NCBI RefSeq assembly: GCF_001194135.2
Contig: NC_068988.1
Coordinates: 57,508,154 to 57,540,299, forward strand
DNA: 32,146 nt
Origin: Octopus bimaculoides
Taxonomy: Eukaryota
Reading direction: 5' to 3'
A model generated the notes under the pieces. It did not search any database. It saw only the letters and a list, made by a program, of their open reading frames with translations, and was not told the origin of the DNA. The first letter of the stretch is position 1. Each line of letters starts with the position of its first letter. Below, piece by piece: positions 1 to 10,275 of the stretch. Position numbers and translations under genes: made by a program.

Positions 1-1
1 G

Positions 2-2413
2 GGCAGGGGTTTTCTTCAAGGTACCAGTTTTATTGTCCACAGCTTTACTAAGCCGTAGCTCGAGTTCTTTGGCAAATAATGCATTTTTCTCACTAGTAGC
101 TGCGCACCTCGGTGCACTCGGAGCTGGCATCTTTTTCGGGCTTTTCACCCTTCGCTTAACAACAACAACATCTTCTGTATTTTCAGATAAGTTTGAACTG
201 TTTGACATAGAATTTGATTGATGTACGGATTCTCGGGACAACGTTGACTTTCGTGACGAAGGGCTGCTCTCATCAATCTCTTCTGCAGATTCTCTAGGTC
301 TGTCCTGGCTTTCATTTCGTACATCTGAAGAGCTAATCATTTCAGATGGAGGCCGGCTGTCCAGAGTTTCGTTGCTAGTACTGCTTGTAGTTGAAGAAAC
401 ACTTACATTACTTTTAGTCGGAGATGGGAAGACACGCACTCGGAACTGGCCCCCAGATGTCTCATCTACGTTGCCATTATCAGGACTTAGAAATTCTGAT
501 TTATTATCATACATGATTGAAGGTACTTCCTTACTTGTGTCATTTGGTTTCACTGCTGTGTTATTATCAAAGCTTTGTTCTGTGCTGCTTTCAGAAGAAG
601 AATCCCGTCCACGACGAAGGAAACTTCGAAACATACTAGCAAATCCTTTCTTCATGCTATTTTCATTCTTTTTTCCTTTATAGCCATCCATACTTTCCAT
701 AGATTCAACATCTTCTCCAACAGCAGATCTTCGACATTGATCTAAGCTTGGCCCTTTCTTGCAACTTCCATCAGAAGATTTAGTACTTGATTTAGAGGGA
801 GAAGCAGAAACACCAGCCACTGGTGATACAGGTGGTTGGGGTGCCTGGCGCTTCCCTTTAGTTTTTGTAAAATCCAAAGTGGCAGCAACAGAAGCCATTT
901 TAGCTTCGAAATCAACTGATTTTGCCTTAGAATATCTCGCTTCATAAGCATCACCTTCTACTCTCAGCATTGTGAAATCATCCCTGTCGTATTTTCTGTC
1001 AAACGTGGTCCCAGCAAAACTTGAGGACATTTCATCTCGTCTACCAATAGTCCCTTCTTTGGTAAGGTGCTGCCGCTTAACTGGAGCCGGCGGCTTCAAA
1101 CCATGTCGTCTCAAAGTGTCAGAATCTCCAATGTCAGTTTTCTCAAAGCAATCCTCTAATCTCCCTTCTACAGAGCGTGACATCATGCACATTACAGACT
1201 GGTTTGACTGTCTGTCATCTTTGTGTCGAGCACTGGGAATTGGTTTCTCTACAGGATCGCTAACACCTTTCTTCAGAGATGCCGGTTTGGGAGCAGGTTT
1301 AGGAAGCGACTCAACAACCCGATAAGGGGAAGAACTCACCTGTTCAATATTATCAGTATCTTTACTCGTTTTTTGATCCATGATATTTTTTGAAGCATTA
1401 TTTTGCATATTCCTACTTTGATACAATGTTGAATTCTCTGAAGCAGATCTTAGACGAAATGTCAAATCTTCGTCAGCATCTTGAATAGTTTCATTGTCAA
1501 AATTCTTTGATGATTTTAAAGGTGAAGTTTTAATTCCGTGACTAAATTCTAAAGAGGGTCGGGAAGACAGTTGAGCTTTAGGAGACTTGTTTCGTCTAGG
1601 GAAAGTTCCAAACTTCTTTGGTAGCAGGTCACAATCTCTTAGACCCTGAAAACGATCAGCTTTCCATAGGAATTCTAATTCAACGTCTTCAAATTCTTTA
1701 CTTGGAACTCTCTTCAGACGACCCTCCAGGGGAGTCTCAACTCTCAAATTATGAGTATCTGAATTCCACAGAGTATTTTCTAAAGCCAAGAGAGCAAACT
1801 GCTTTTCTTCCTCAGTCAGTTGAATACTCCCAGGTGGTGTAATCTCCGCCTCTTCGGGTACATCATCATCATCATCTGGGTATAAATAATCGGAACCACC
1901 GTCGTGGCCAATAATTTCAGGTTCTGATTCAGAAAATATAACTCTAAAAGCCCTATTTTCATCTTTATTTCGAGTTAACTTTAAAACTCCTTTCAATGGA
2001 ATCTCTGACTTTGTCAGGTCAACTTTGGTATTGATAGAATTATCTTTGCTTCCCGACTGCTCACAACTCAGTGGGTTTTCATCTGAAGAATGGGTTGCAA
2101 TTCTTTTAGAAACATTATCGTCAACTACTAAAGGTTTGATACTAAGCAGCTTAATGTTTTCATTAAGATTCTGTTGGTCGTTAGCATTTTTATCAACAAT
2201 TGATGAAACTCTCGGTCCAACTGATAAGTTGCTTTTTATTAGGGATGAGTTCCGTTTTGCAGGAACTGGTGGGGAACCTCTGCCAGCAGAATTCCTTCGG
2301 GGTTTGAGATGGTTACAGGGGGGTTTGATGTGCTCAGACCGGGGACGTAAGCAGTTTGCACACAGGTCTTTACGCCAGGCATTTTGTGAGAACTCTGCAC
2401 ACACTTCTGACAT
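2..2413 (-). CDS. PEAK1: First coding exon (3'-partial, 804 codons, open to the window edge) of a PEAK1/PRAG1-like (NKF3 family) pseudokinase scaffold protein, N-terminal region
   Basis: Manual translation gives no stop from ATG 2413 to position 2: MSEVCAEFSQNAWRKDLCANCLRPRSEH...RGSPPVPAKR...KGVLK...RVIFSESEPEIIGHDGGSDYLYPDDDDD...KKFGTFPRRNKS...SPYRVVE...MFRSFLRRGRD...ALFAKELELRLSK. Five collinear motifs match human PEAK1 as recalled (CNTFTEHVWKPGECKNCFKPKSLH; VILSGSTEVISNEGGRFCYPE; KKWNTIPLRNKS; KPYRVVN; FKSFFRRRKTD). In-frame TGA at 2425-2423. The kinase-like domain would lie outside the window. Confidence 0.85.
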   Translation of the reverse strand, partial: MSEVCAEFSQNAWRKDLCANCLRPRSEHIKPPCNHLKPRRNSAGRGSPPVPAKRNSSLIKSNLSVGPRVSSIVDKNANDQQNLNENIKLLSIKPLVVDDNVSKRIATHSSDENPLSCEQSGSKDNSINTKVDLTKSEIPLKGVLKLTRNKDENRAFRVIFSESEPEIIGHDGGSDYLYPDDDDDVPEEAEITPPGSIQLTEEEKQFALLALENTLWNSDTHNLRVETPLEGRLKRVPSKEFEDVELEFLWKADRFQGLRDCDLLPKKFGTFPRRNKSPKAQLSSRPSLEFSHGIKTSPLKSSKNFDNETIQDADEDLTFRLRSASENSTLYQSRNMQNNASKNIMDQKTSKDTDNIEQVSSSPYRVVESLPKPAPKPASLKKGVSDPVEKPIPSARHKDDRQSNQSVMCMMSRSVEGRLEDCFEKTDIGDSDTLRRHGLKPPAPVKRQHLTKEGTIGRRDEMSSSFAGTTFDRKYDRDDFTMLRVEGDAYEARYSKAKSVDFEAKMASVAATLDFTKTKGKRQAPQPPVSPVAGVSASPSKSSTKSSDGSCKKGPSLDQCRRSAVGEDVESMESMDGYKGKKNENSMKKGFASMFRSFLRRGRDSSSESSTEQSFDNNTAVKPNDTSKEVPSIMYDNKSEFLSPDNGNVDETSGGQFRVRVFPSPTKSNVSVSSTTSSTSNETLDSRPPSEMISSSDVRNESQDRPRESAEEIDESSPSSRKSTLSRESVHQSNSMSNSSNLSENTEDVVVVKRRVKSPKKMPAPSAPRCAATSEKNALFAKELELRLSKAVDNKTGTLKKTPA

Positions 2414-2426
2414 CCTGTTGCATCAT
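2370..2426 (-). other. Out-of-frame upstream ORF overlapping the main start (MMQQDVRSVCRVLTKCLA*)
   Basis: Tandem ATGs at 2426 and 2423, 13 and 10 nt upstream of the main ATG in another frame; TAA at 2372-2370. Confidence 0.6.
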
Positions 2427-2429
2427 GAG

Positions 2430-2478
2430 CTGTAGTGAGAGAAAAAGAGAAAGAAAAAAAGAGAAGGTATATGAGTAA
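2430..2478 (-). promoter_or_regulatory. 3' splice acceptor of the first coding exon (exon starts at 2429)
   Basis: Minus strand reads ttactcatataccttctctttttttctttctctttttctctcactacAG|ctcatgatg: branch-point-like CTCAT, ~30-nt polypyrimidine tract, CAG. Confidence 0.85.
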
Positions 2479-3854
2479 GGTTACTGAAGAAGAATAAAGT
2501 TTTGTGAATGAGAAAATAGACTTAATTTTAAGCAAGTAAAAAATATTAGAAAATTACTATTTCTAAATCTCACAATGTGATATACTCAGCAACAGTACTT
2601 TGTAGTAAAGATTTGTTTGCCAGCATAACATAGCAGTCTGGTTTAGGATGAATGTTGCTGTAATTTTGGCAATATCCTGCCCTGGACAATTTTGTTCTCA
2701 CAACCATACCCCTGCATCCCATACTGTATTTGATAAACCCCAGAAGTATGACAGGTAAGATTTAACTTGGCAGGATTTGAATCAAGAATATAAACAGCTG
2801 GAATAAAGAACCCTGCATGGTCATACAACCTTCTAGAAATAACAACCAAATTTCCTTCAAATCATACCTTGTCATCTCTAAAAAGGAAGGACACATTGAT
2901 CTGATGAAAAAGAGGAGAATATCTACATCAATGTCCACAATTTCTTTAGAGTTGTTGTTATTGTGGTAGTTTTGCCTGAGATCAGACTTCATGAAGCGAC
3001 CAAATTTGTTCCAAAGTGACCAACCCAAATTTTATTCATCCATAGGATTATGTTATCTTTTGTGTTATTATTCTATTTTTAAGACAGTAGGGTTTTCCTT
3101 TGAGTGAAATTTGGCTGCTATTTCTAGCATGCTATACAAATGTAACAGAGAGTCCCTTGTTGAGTTGAAAAGAAAGCGTGGTACATTATAAACACAATGA
3201 TGAACATTATAAAATGATTGGTTTTGATTAATTGGAAGTTCTGAATGAAGTAAGAGCTTGATGTGAAGATGCTGAGTGAGGGTAGTGAACCATTAGTCAT
3301 CAATGCTGTTGAGAGAAGTTGCAGATGTGGAAACAAAAAAGATGGCGTTTTGTTTCTTTAATAATTTAGTCAGGAGTAGAGGGGTGGGTAGATGGGATAT
3401 CGTTCTCACAACCTTAACATGTTCTTGAAGGCTGAACATCTATCTACAGGCAGGTCAGTGTGGGTGGAGAGATTAACAGGATGTCTGGTCCTGGATGCTT
3501 ATAACTAAGTGAACTCTGTGCGAAAAGCACAGATAGACCAGAGGTGGTGTTGGTGGTGGTATTGATGGTGGTGGTGTTAAACCAGGTGGTGTGTAGTTAC
3601 TAACGATGGATGTCAGATGTGTAATGAAGGGAGATATTGAAAAGAAGGAAAATAGTGAAGCAAGTACTGTTAACCAGCTCTATCTCATCAAAAAATAAAT
3701 AGATAAATGAATAAAATAAAATTTGGCTTCTGTATCAGCTGAAAATGTTAGGAGCGAAAGAAATCTGGAGCACTGTAGTTTGCAAATAAATGGTTTTGAG
3801 TGTCAGAGAGCATTGATAATTCTAAAGATTCTGTCTATCTTTTTTCTTTCTTTC

Positions 3855-4212
3855 TTTCCTTTTGTTTTAGTCATTCGACTGTGGTTATGCTGTAGCATAT
3901 CCTTCTTGAAGGGTTTTAGTTATCAAATTGACCCTTGGACTTATCTATAATTCTTAAGTCTGATGCTTATTTTTGCAGTCTCTTTTTTGCTGAGCCACTA
4001 AGTTACAGGGATGTAAACAAACCTACACCAGTTGTCAAGCAGTGCGAGACACACACACACTTGTATGATGAGCTTCCACACAGTGTTCATGTACCAGATT
4101 CACTCACAAGGCATTGGACAGCCTAGATCTAAATTAGAAGACACTTGCCCATGGCATCCTGCATCAGGACTGAATCTGAAACCAGGTACATCCAAAGTGG
4201 ACTTCTTAACAG
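3855..4212 (-). mobile_element. tRNA-derived SINE family A (OR2/CORE-like), diverged full-length copy
   Basis: Head, central (CA)n and 3' segments all resemble the better copies at 17348-17912 and 26451-26790. Confidence 0.7.
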
Positions 4213-5136
4213 ATGCTTATAAAAGAGGTAGTGTTGTGGGTGGTAGTGGTGATAGTGGTAGTGGTGAAGTAAAGTGTTATGCTCAAGAAAGTCAGCTGGT
4301 AAAGCTACTGAATATCCTTCTTGTCTGTCTTTCCTAGCTTCTTTTTCATTTTAATTTTCCACTTGTCACTTGTCAAGGTTTTGTCTTTTCACATTATATC
4401 CAATAAACTCAGTCTATTGCCAGCTTATGTTGATAAGAAGCTTTCTGATAGCTTTGGCACGTTGCAATACTTAAAAGTCTGTTCATCTATCTTTATAATA
4501 ATATCTTCAGCATTTGCTTGAAAACCACATCTCTGCAGCATTGGCACATTTTTGCACTTGTTTGTTAATGTTGCAACAACACAACCATATGTACAAACGG
4601 GTTCTATGTGCACCCCTAGGACTTTTTAACTCCCTCATATTGATAGCAGTTTATTTGACAAAGTATATTTGATATTACCAAAAGCAGCATGAGTCTATCT
4701 ATTACTTGATGTTTTTCCCATCTGATGCAATAATGGTGTCCAGATATTTAAATCTATCAGTTTGTTTCAAGGTCGTTCCATTATTTCTTAGGTTGAAATT
4801 AGCAGTTACTTCCTTTGAGATTGTCATTGTCGGAGTTTCATTAAATCACTTCAAAAAGAGGTTATCAACATAGTTACTAATGAATGACATCCGATACTAA
4901 CTGTGAGAAGAATACAATTGACAGCTTCCTATGACCAAAGTAATTAAGCATCTAACAAATCTGGGTGTGGATATGTTGATGTCGGCAGAACAAGATGATC
5001 AAACCACAGAAGTTCCTCTCACATACACACACTCAAGGGACAAGTGCCTTTATATGGTTACTCAACTTGCTAGAAATATCAATCAAATCACCCTCAAATC
5101 ACACTCTACCATCTTTAAAAATAAATATATTGAAAC

Positions 5137-5455
5137 ATGCATGGGTGTGTGGTTAAAAAGCCTGCTTTGCAACCATGTGGTTTTGAGTGTAGTCCTTGTG
5201 AGTATGTATGATGGTGGAAACTGTATAGAAGCCTGTCACATATATGAGTGTGTTTCTTTGTATGTACCCCCTCACACTACTTAACTGGTATCAGTTTGTT
5301 TATGTCCTTGTAACTTAGCTGTTCAACAAAAGAGACTTATAGAATAAATGCCAGACTTAAAAATTAAGTACTGGGGACACACTTATTTGACTAACCCCTT
5401 TAGCGCTCTGCTACAGCATGGCTGTAGTCCAATGACTAAAACGGGAGAAAAGATA
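5137..5455 (+). mobile_element. SINE family A, diverged and internally deleted; interrupts an older repeat (about 5065-5135 and 5456-5590)
   Basis: Head gtgtgtggttaaaaagcctgctttgcaaccatgtgg; 3' end cagcatggctgtagtccaatgactaaaac. Confidence 0.65.
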
Positions 5456-5760
5456 GTGGAAATAAAAAGACAAATAAGATAATGTAGATTAGAATATATG
5501 CAAAGACAAGCTGGTCATGGTTGGAATGCCTTTGATCAAAGATTTACTTTAACAGGTTAGGTCTGGCCTGCAGGCTGAAGAAGAATCACAACCCAAGAAT
5601 GAAGGTAGGCACATAGACATGCATGCATGTTCAAACATACTCATTTCCAAATTGCTGAGTGTAGACTCAATCATCATACTCCAAGCTGTGCCTGGATCAG
5701 ACCAGGACAACTGCAGGAAGTTGGTACTGTTGAAAGAGATTTTTTCAAGAAAGCATGCCT

Positions 5761-6146
5761 AACAAGAGAAATCAGAGAGTGTAAACCTCTGCCAAAGCAG
5801 CACCAACATCCTCTCAATGATTAGCCAGAGATGATTTTTTTCAATGAGAATATCTGAAATAAACTCAACTGCTCTCACAAATGAGGATATTAAAAATGCA
5901 CTCAACCGCTCTCAAAAATTAAATAAAAAAAAAAAACAGGAAAAATGATACAGAATCCCTGTTCAGTACCAGATCGATCCCAAAGTCTAATCAGTTCATG
6001 CCAGTCATGAGACCAAACATCCCCGAAAGTTTCATTTAAATCCATCCAGCGGTTCTTGAGATATCTTGTCCATGGACAAACAAACAAACAAACAAACAAA
6101 CATGACCAAAAACAATTCCTTTGCCTTTACTAAGGCAGAGGTAATA
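5761..6146 (-). mobile_element. Non-autonomous Helentron-type element (HINE/DINE-1-like)
   Basis: Minus 5' end ATTACCTCTGCC with adjacent hairpin GCCTT-agta-AAGGC; (TTTG)n tract; core caagatatctcaagaaccgctggatggatttaaatgaaactt; 3' subterminal inverted repeat GGCAGAGGT (plus acctctgcc 5785-5793) followed by cactctctga...ttgtt. Confidence 0.75.
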
Positions 6147-6482
6147 ATTCTTGTGAGAAAGAGCTTAACTGCAGCTGTCATCGTCATCATCATAGTCATT
6201 ATTATGTCTACTTTTTCCATGTATGCATGAGTTAGAGAAAACTTTATGAAACAGTATTCTACGGCTGGATGGCCTTTTTAATGCCAACTATTACTTCTTT
6301 TACAAGTAAGATATGTTATCTCACTGATCTTTGCACATCAAACTGCTGAGCTGTGGTAAATATTATCTGTGTGGGACATTAACAAATGTTGTATATTATA
6401 CATACATAGATATATACACCCATACATATAAAGCAGCCTTCAATAATATTTATCAGCCCTGGATAAATACTTTACATCTAAC

Positions 6483-7350
6483 CTAGAACACTATGCATTT
6501 GGTATCCAAGAACAAGAGATAGCTACTAAATACCTGATCATCAAAAGAGATAAGGATGCTCCAAGACCTCCACTGCCATAACAGTGTGCAAGATATCATC
6601 CATATCATCAACAGCTGTCCAGAAATGTCCGCTAAAAATAATACCTTATCATGAGGCATAGGATTATCACTAAATCCGCCCAAAGTGGCAAGCTGGTAGA
6701 ATCAGCTTGCAGGGCAAAATGCTTAGCGGTATTTTGTCTGTCTTTACATTCTTAGTTCAAATGCTGCCGAGGTCAACTTTGCTTTTCATTCTATCAGGGT
6801 TGATGAAATAAGAACTAGCTAAGTACTGGGGTCAATGTAATCAATTAACCCCACTCCCACAAAATTTCAGGCCTTGTGTTTATAACAGAAAGGATTAGCA
6901 CTTAAACCATCCATAATGCTATATCCAGAAACAATTGTCATGACGGCCATAGCAAAAGAACATTAGAACCAGAAAGTTCCAGAAAGTTCTGTCCACACCT
7001 TTAAATAAAAAGAATACTGGCAGAACAAATAAAAACTGCAAATTTGTGTCAGTACAACAGGCCTGATATTGTATGGGACAAGGAGCAAAAGCTGTAGAGA
7101 TCAGTTACCAAGCAAATGTGGCTGTCACTTCAGAAATTGGAGAAAAGGTGACCATTTACAGAGAACTAATGAGAAACCTATTCTCATATCAAGGCTACAA
7201 GTTTTCATTTGCATATATATTACCATTGATACACTGGGTTACATAACAACAAATCTGCATAAAAATCTAGAAGTGGGAGGGTTCTTCAAAACAGAACAGC
7301 ATACACTGATTTGCATTCTCTGAATACAATTGATTAGAAGTACAGTGAAA
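6483..7350 (+). mobile_element. Decayed R4/Dong-group non-LTR retrotransposon 3' fragment (CCHC knuckle plus restriction-like endonuclease), interrupted by a SINE at 6683-6898
   Basis: Broken translation: YAFGIQEQEIATKYL...CHNSVQDIIHIINSCPEMS...RH / NRPDIV-WDKEQKL...EIS...EKVTIYRELMRNL...IDTLGYITTNLHKNLE...STVKICK; multiple stops and frameshifts. Confidence 0.7.
6683..6898 (+). mobile_element. tRNA-derived SINE family B (OK/OR1-like)
   Basis: Box A-like gctggtagaatc, box B-like agttcaaatgc, 3' end tttcaggccttgtgtttataacagaaaggatt. Confidence 0.8.
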
Positions 7351-7394
7351 ATCTGCAAACATTCAAGAGATTCTCCATTTGTGGTTTCTGGGGA

Positions 7395-7610
7395 CAGACA
7401 GACAAACGGATGAACATACACACATGCATGCACACGCACACACACGCACACAGAATTTCCATAGAGTTTCTGTCTATCAAATTTTATGCTCAAATCATTG
7501 GTCAACTACGGCATAATACAAGACACTAACTCAAAATGCCATGCAATGGAATCAAATCCAAAACTACATGGTTGTGAAGTGAAGTTCTTATCAATATAAC
7601 TATGCCTAGC
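7395..7610 (-). mobile_element. SINE family A 5' half, strongly diverged
   Basis: Residual similarity to the family A head, followed by a (CA)-rich tract. Confidence 0.5.
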
Positions 7611-8522
7611 TTTTTTAATTCCATTCATGCCTCCTCTGATAACACTGCATAACAAGAATTTTATCTTTGGGTAGCAACTGTGGTTTCCTATTTGCCAACC
7701 CCTATAAAGTATGAAAAATAACTAATATTTTCTTCAAATTTTACTTTTGTTACATTTATTCAAACTCCAGAGAATACCGCTCAACACATAGCTATGATGC
7801 TTCCCCACTACTCCTGCTCATGATCAGAGATGCACATATTGTCATCAGGGGACATGCTCAAGTGGTTAAGGTCAAGCAACTGACAAGCAAATCTATGGTA
7901 TTGAGCATATTGCTCTAATGATATTTCTGCTTCAGCAACTCAGCACTGAATCTGTCTGAAATATAAATTACACAGTGTAATTTATAAGAATATCAAATCA
8001 ACCCCAAATCAATACTTGATTGGTACTAGATTTTATTGAGCAGCCCCTGGAAGGATGTAAAGCAAATATGACCTTAGTAAGATTTGAACTTAGCACATAG
8101 TAGTTTTGTTGCTAAATAGTGTAAGGCATTTTATCTGACCCACTAATGATTCTGTCTACCCAGCACTCTACAACTTAATTTCCCATCTCTAAACCCTACT
8201 TCCCACCCTGACAACAACCATTTACCATTTTATCATATTTTCATACTCCATTATCTAATACGCAAGAGAAACATCACACCCGTACAGTGCAATGTTGAAG
8301 AATTAGTCTGCCAGCAGGCAAGGTTGGGTAGGGTTAGGGGGTGAAAGGATTAGCAAGGAAAGAGAGGGTTATGCCACAGATGGGTCCATGTAAACATTTA
8401 ATCAGGTCACTTAATAATAAAGCAGTCTAAGGAGAAGGTGTGTGGAGTGGGGAGTGTAGAAGATAGGGGGAGGGAGGGAAGGGGGTAATAATTAAACAAA
8501 TTATTATTATTGTTGTTGTTGT

Positions 8523-8745
8523 TAAGGTGGCAAAGCTGGCAGAATTGTTAGCAAACTGGTCAAAATGCTTAGCGGCATTTCGTACATCTTTATGTCCTGA
8601 GTTCAAATTCCACCAAGGTCAACTTTGCGTCTTATCCTTTTGGGGGTCAATAAATTAAGTACCAGTGAAACACTGGGCTCAATGTAATTGACTAGTTCCC
8701 TCCCCCTATATTTCAGGCCTTGTGCCTTTAATAGAAAGGATTATA
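8523..8745 (+). mobile_element. SINE family B
   Basis: aaggtggcaaagctggcagaattgttagc...gagttcaaattcc...aggccttgtgcctttaatagaaaggatt. Confidence 0.85.
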
Positions 8746-8771
8746 ATTGTTGTTGTTGTTAATGATAATAA

Positions 8772-8966
8772 TAATCCTTTCTATTATAGGCACAAGGCCT
8801 GGAAATTGTGGATAAGTCAATCACATCAACCCCAGTACTTGAATGTACTTAGTTTATCGACCCCAAAAGAATGAAAGGCAAGGTCAACCTCAGCAGAATT
8901 TGAACTCGGAATGTAAAGATGGGCATTTTGTCCGGTGTGCTTACAATTCCGCCAGTTTGCCACCTT
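8772..8966 (-). mobile_element. SINE family B, tail-to-tail with the 8523-8745 copy
   Basis: Reverse complement of family B with a small internal deletion. Confidence 0.8.
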
Positions 8967-8992
8967 AACAACAACAACAACAATAATAATGA

Positions 8993-9209
8993 TAATCCTT
9001 TTTTACTAAAGGCACAAGGCCTGAAATTTGCAGGGAGGGGACTAGTGGATTACATCAATCCCAGTGTTTCACTGGTACTTAATTTATCGACTCCGAAAGG
9101 AAAAAAAACAAAGTCAACCTTTGCGGAATTTGAACTCAGTTCGTAACGACAGACGAAATACCACTAAGCATTTCATGTCGCATGCTAGCGATTCTACCAG
9201 CTCACCACC

Positions 9210-9211
<2 letters not shown>
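8993..9211 (-). mobile_element. SINE family B
   Basis: Full-length reverse-complement copy flanked by (AAT)n. Confidence 0.85.
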
Positions 9212-9256
<45 letters not shown>

Positions 9257-9274
9257 GATGATGATGATAATAAT

Positions 9275-9368
9275 AAAGTCGACCTTGGCGGAATTTGAAC
9301 TCAGAACATAAAAACGAATGTGATGCCACAAAGCTAACAATTCTGCCAACATGCCACCTTCACCACTT
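9275..9368 (-). mobile_element. SINE family B, 5' part
   Basis: aaagtcgaccttggcggaatttgaactcagaac...ctaacaattctgccaac. Confidence 0.7.
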
Positions 9369-9370
9369 AA

Positions 9371-9401
<31 letters not shown>

Positions 9402-9402
9402 T

Positions 9403-9790
9403 CACCGAAGGCCAGATATAGTAACCTTTAGGAGGGACAAAGAAGAATGCTTAATAATTGACGTGACAGTGCCAGGAGATCAAATATCATCCTGAAAGAA
9501 AGAGTAAAGGTTGATAAATATGGAGTCCTGAGAACTGAGATCGCTAAGATGTGGCAGATGTGAGTGTCAAACATAAAGGTTATCCCTATTGTCATCGGAA
9601 CATTGGGTTCAATATCACCCAATCTGAAAAGACATCTGAAAACCTTAGGAATACCCTACAATCTAGATGTATTGCAAAAGTCAGCATTACTTGGAACTGC
9701 ATGCATATTGCATAAAGTACTGTCTGTCTGAGGTCCTTGTTGTGACTTGACAAATAGTACAAACCCCTGGTAGACACAATATCTTCAATC
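9403..9790 (+). mobile_element. 5'-truncated R4/Dong-clade LINE (RLE domain plus 3' UTR) adjoining an (AAT)n tract
   Basis: HRRPDIVTFRRDKEECLIIDVTVPGDQ/IILKERVKVDKYGVLRTEIAKMWQM*VSNIKVIPIVIGTLGSISPNLKRHLKTLGIPYNLDVLQKSALLGTACILHKVLSV* (stop 9729-9731); one frameshift and one internal stop. Confidence 0.85.
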
Positions 9791-9834
9791 AACAACCTCA
9801 CGATATTGTATACTGTGCAATGTCTATAATGGTT

Positions 9835-9993
9835 TGAAATTTTGGAACAAGGCCAGCAAATTTTGGTGGGGATGTGGTAAGATGATTACATCGACCCCTG
9901 TGCTGAATTGGTACTTATTTTATTGACCCCGAAAGGATGAAAATCAAAGTTGAGGTTGGCAGTATTTGAACTCAGAAAATAAAGGCAGATGAA
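9835..9993 (-). mobile_element. SINE family B, partial
   Basis: gtacttattttattgaccccgaaaggatgaaaatcaaagttgagg...tttgaactcagaa. Confidence 0.7.
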
Positions 9994-10007
9994 TATAATA
10001 ATAATAA

Positions 10008-10227
10008 TAATCCTTTCTACTAAAAGCACAAGCTCTGAAATTTTGTAGGAGGGGACTAGTTAATTATATCAATCCCAGTGTTTCACTGGTACTTAATTTA
10101 TCAACCCCGAAAGGATGAAGGGCAAAGTCAACCTTGGCAAAATTTGAACTCCAAATGTGGTGGTAGGTGAAATACCACTAAGCATTTTGACTGGCATGCT
10201 AACGATTTTTGCCATCTCACTGCCTTG
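10008..10227 (-). mobile_element. SINE family B
   Basis: Full-length reverse-complement copy flanked by (AAT)n. Confidence 0.85.
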
Positions 10228-10242
10228 AATATAATAATAATG

Positions 10243-10275
<33 letters not shown>

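Noticed and set aside
33-2435. Plus-strand ORFs in the track (33-221, 372-683, 759-947, 972-1325, 1618-1842, 2025-2435) and minus ORFs 742-954 and 2239-2535
   Set aside because: Antisense or off-frame shadows of the 804-codon minus-strand exon
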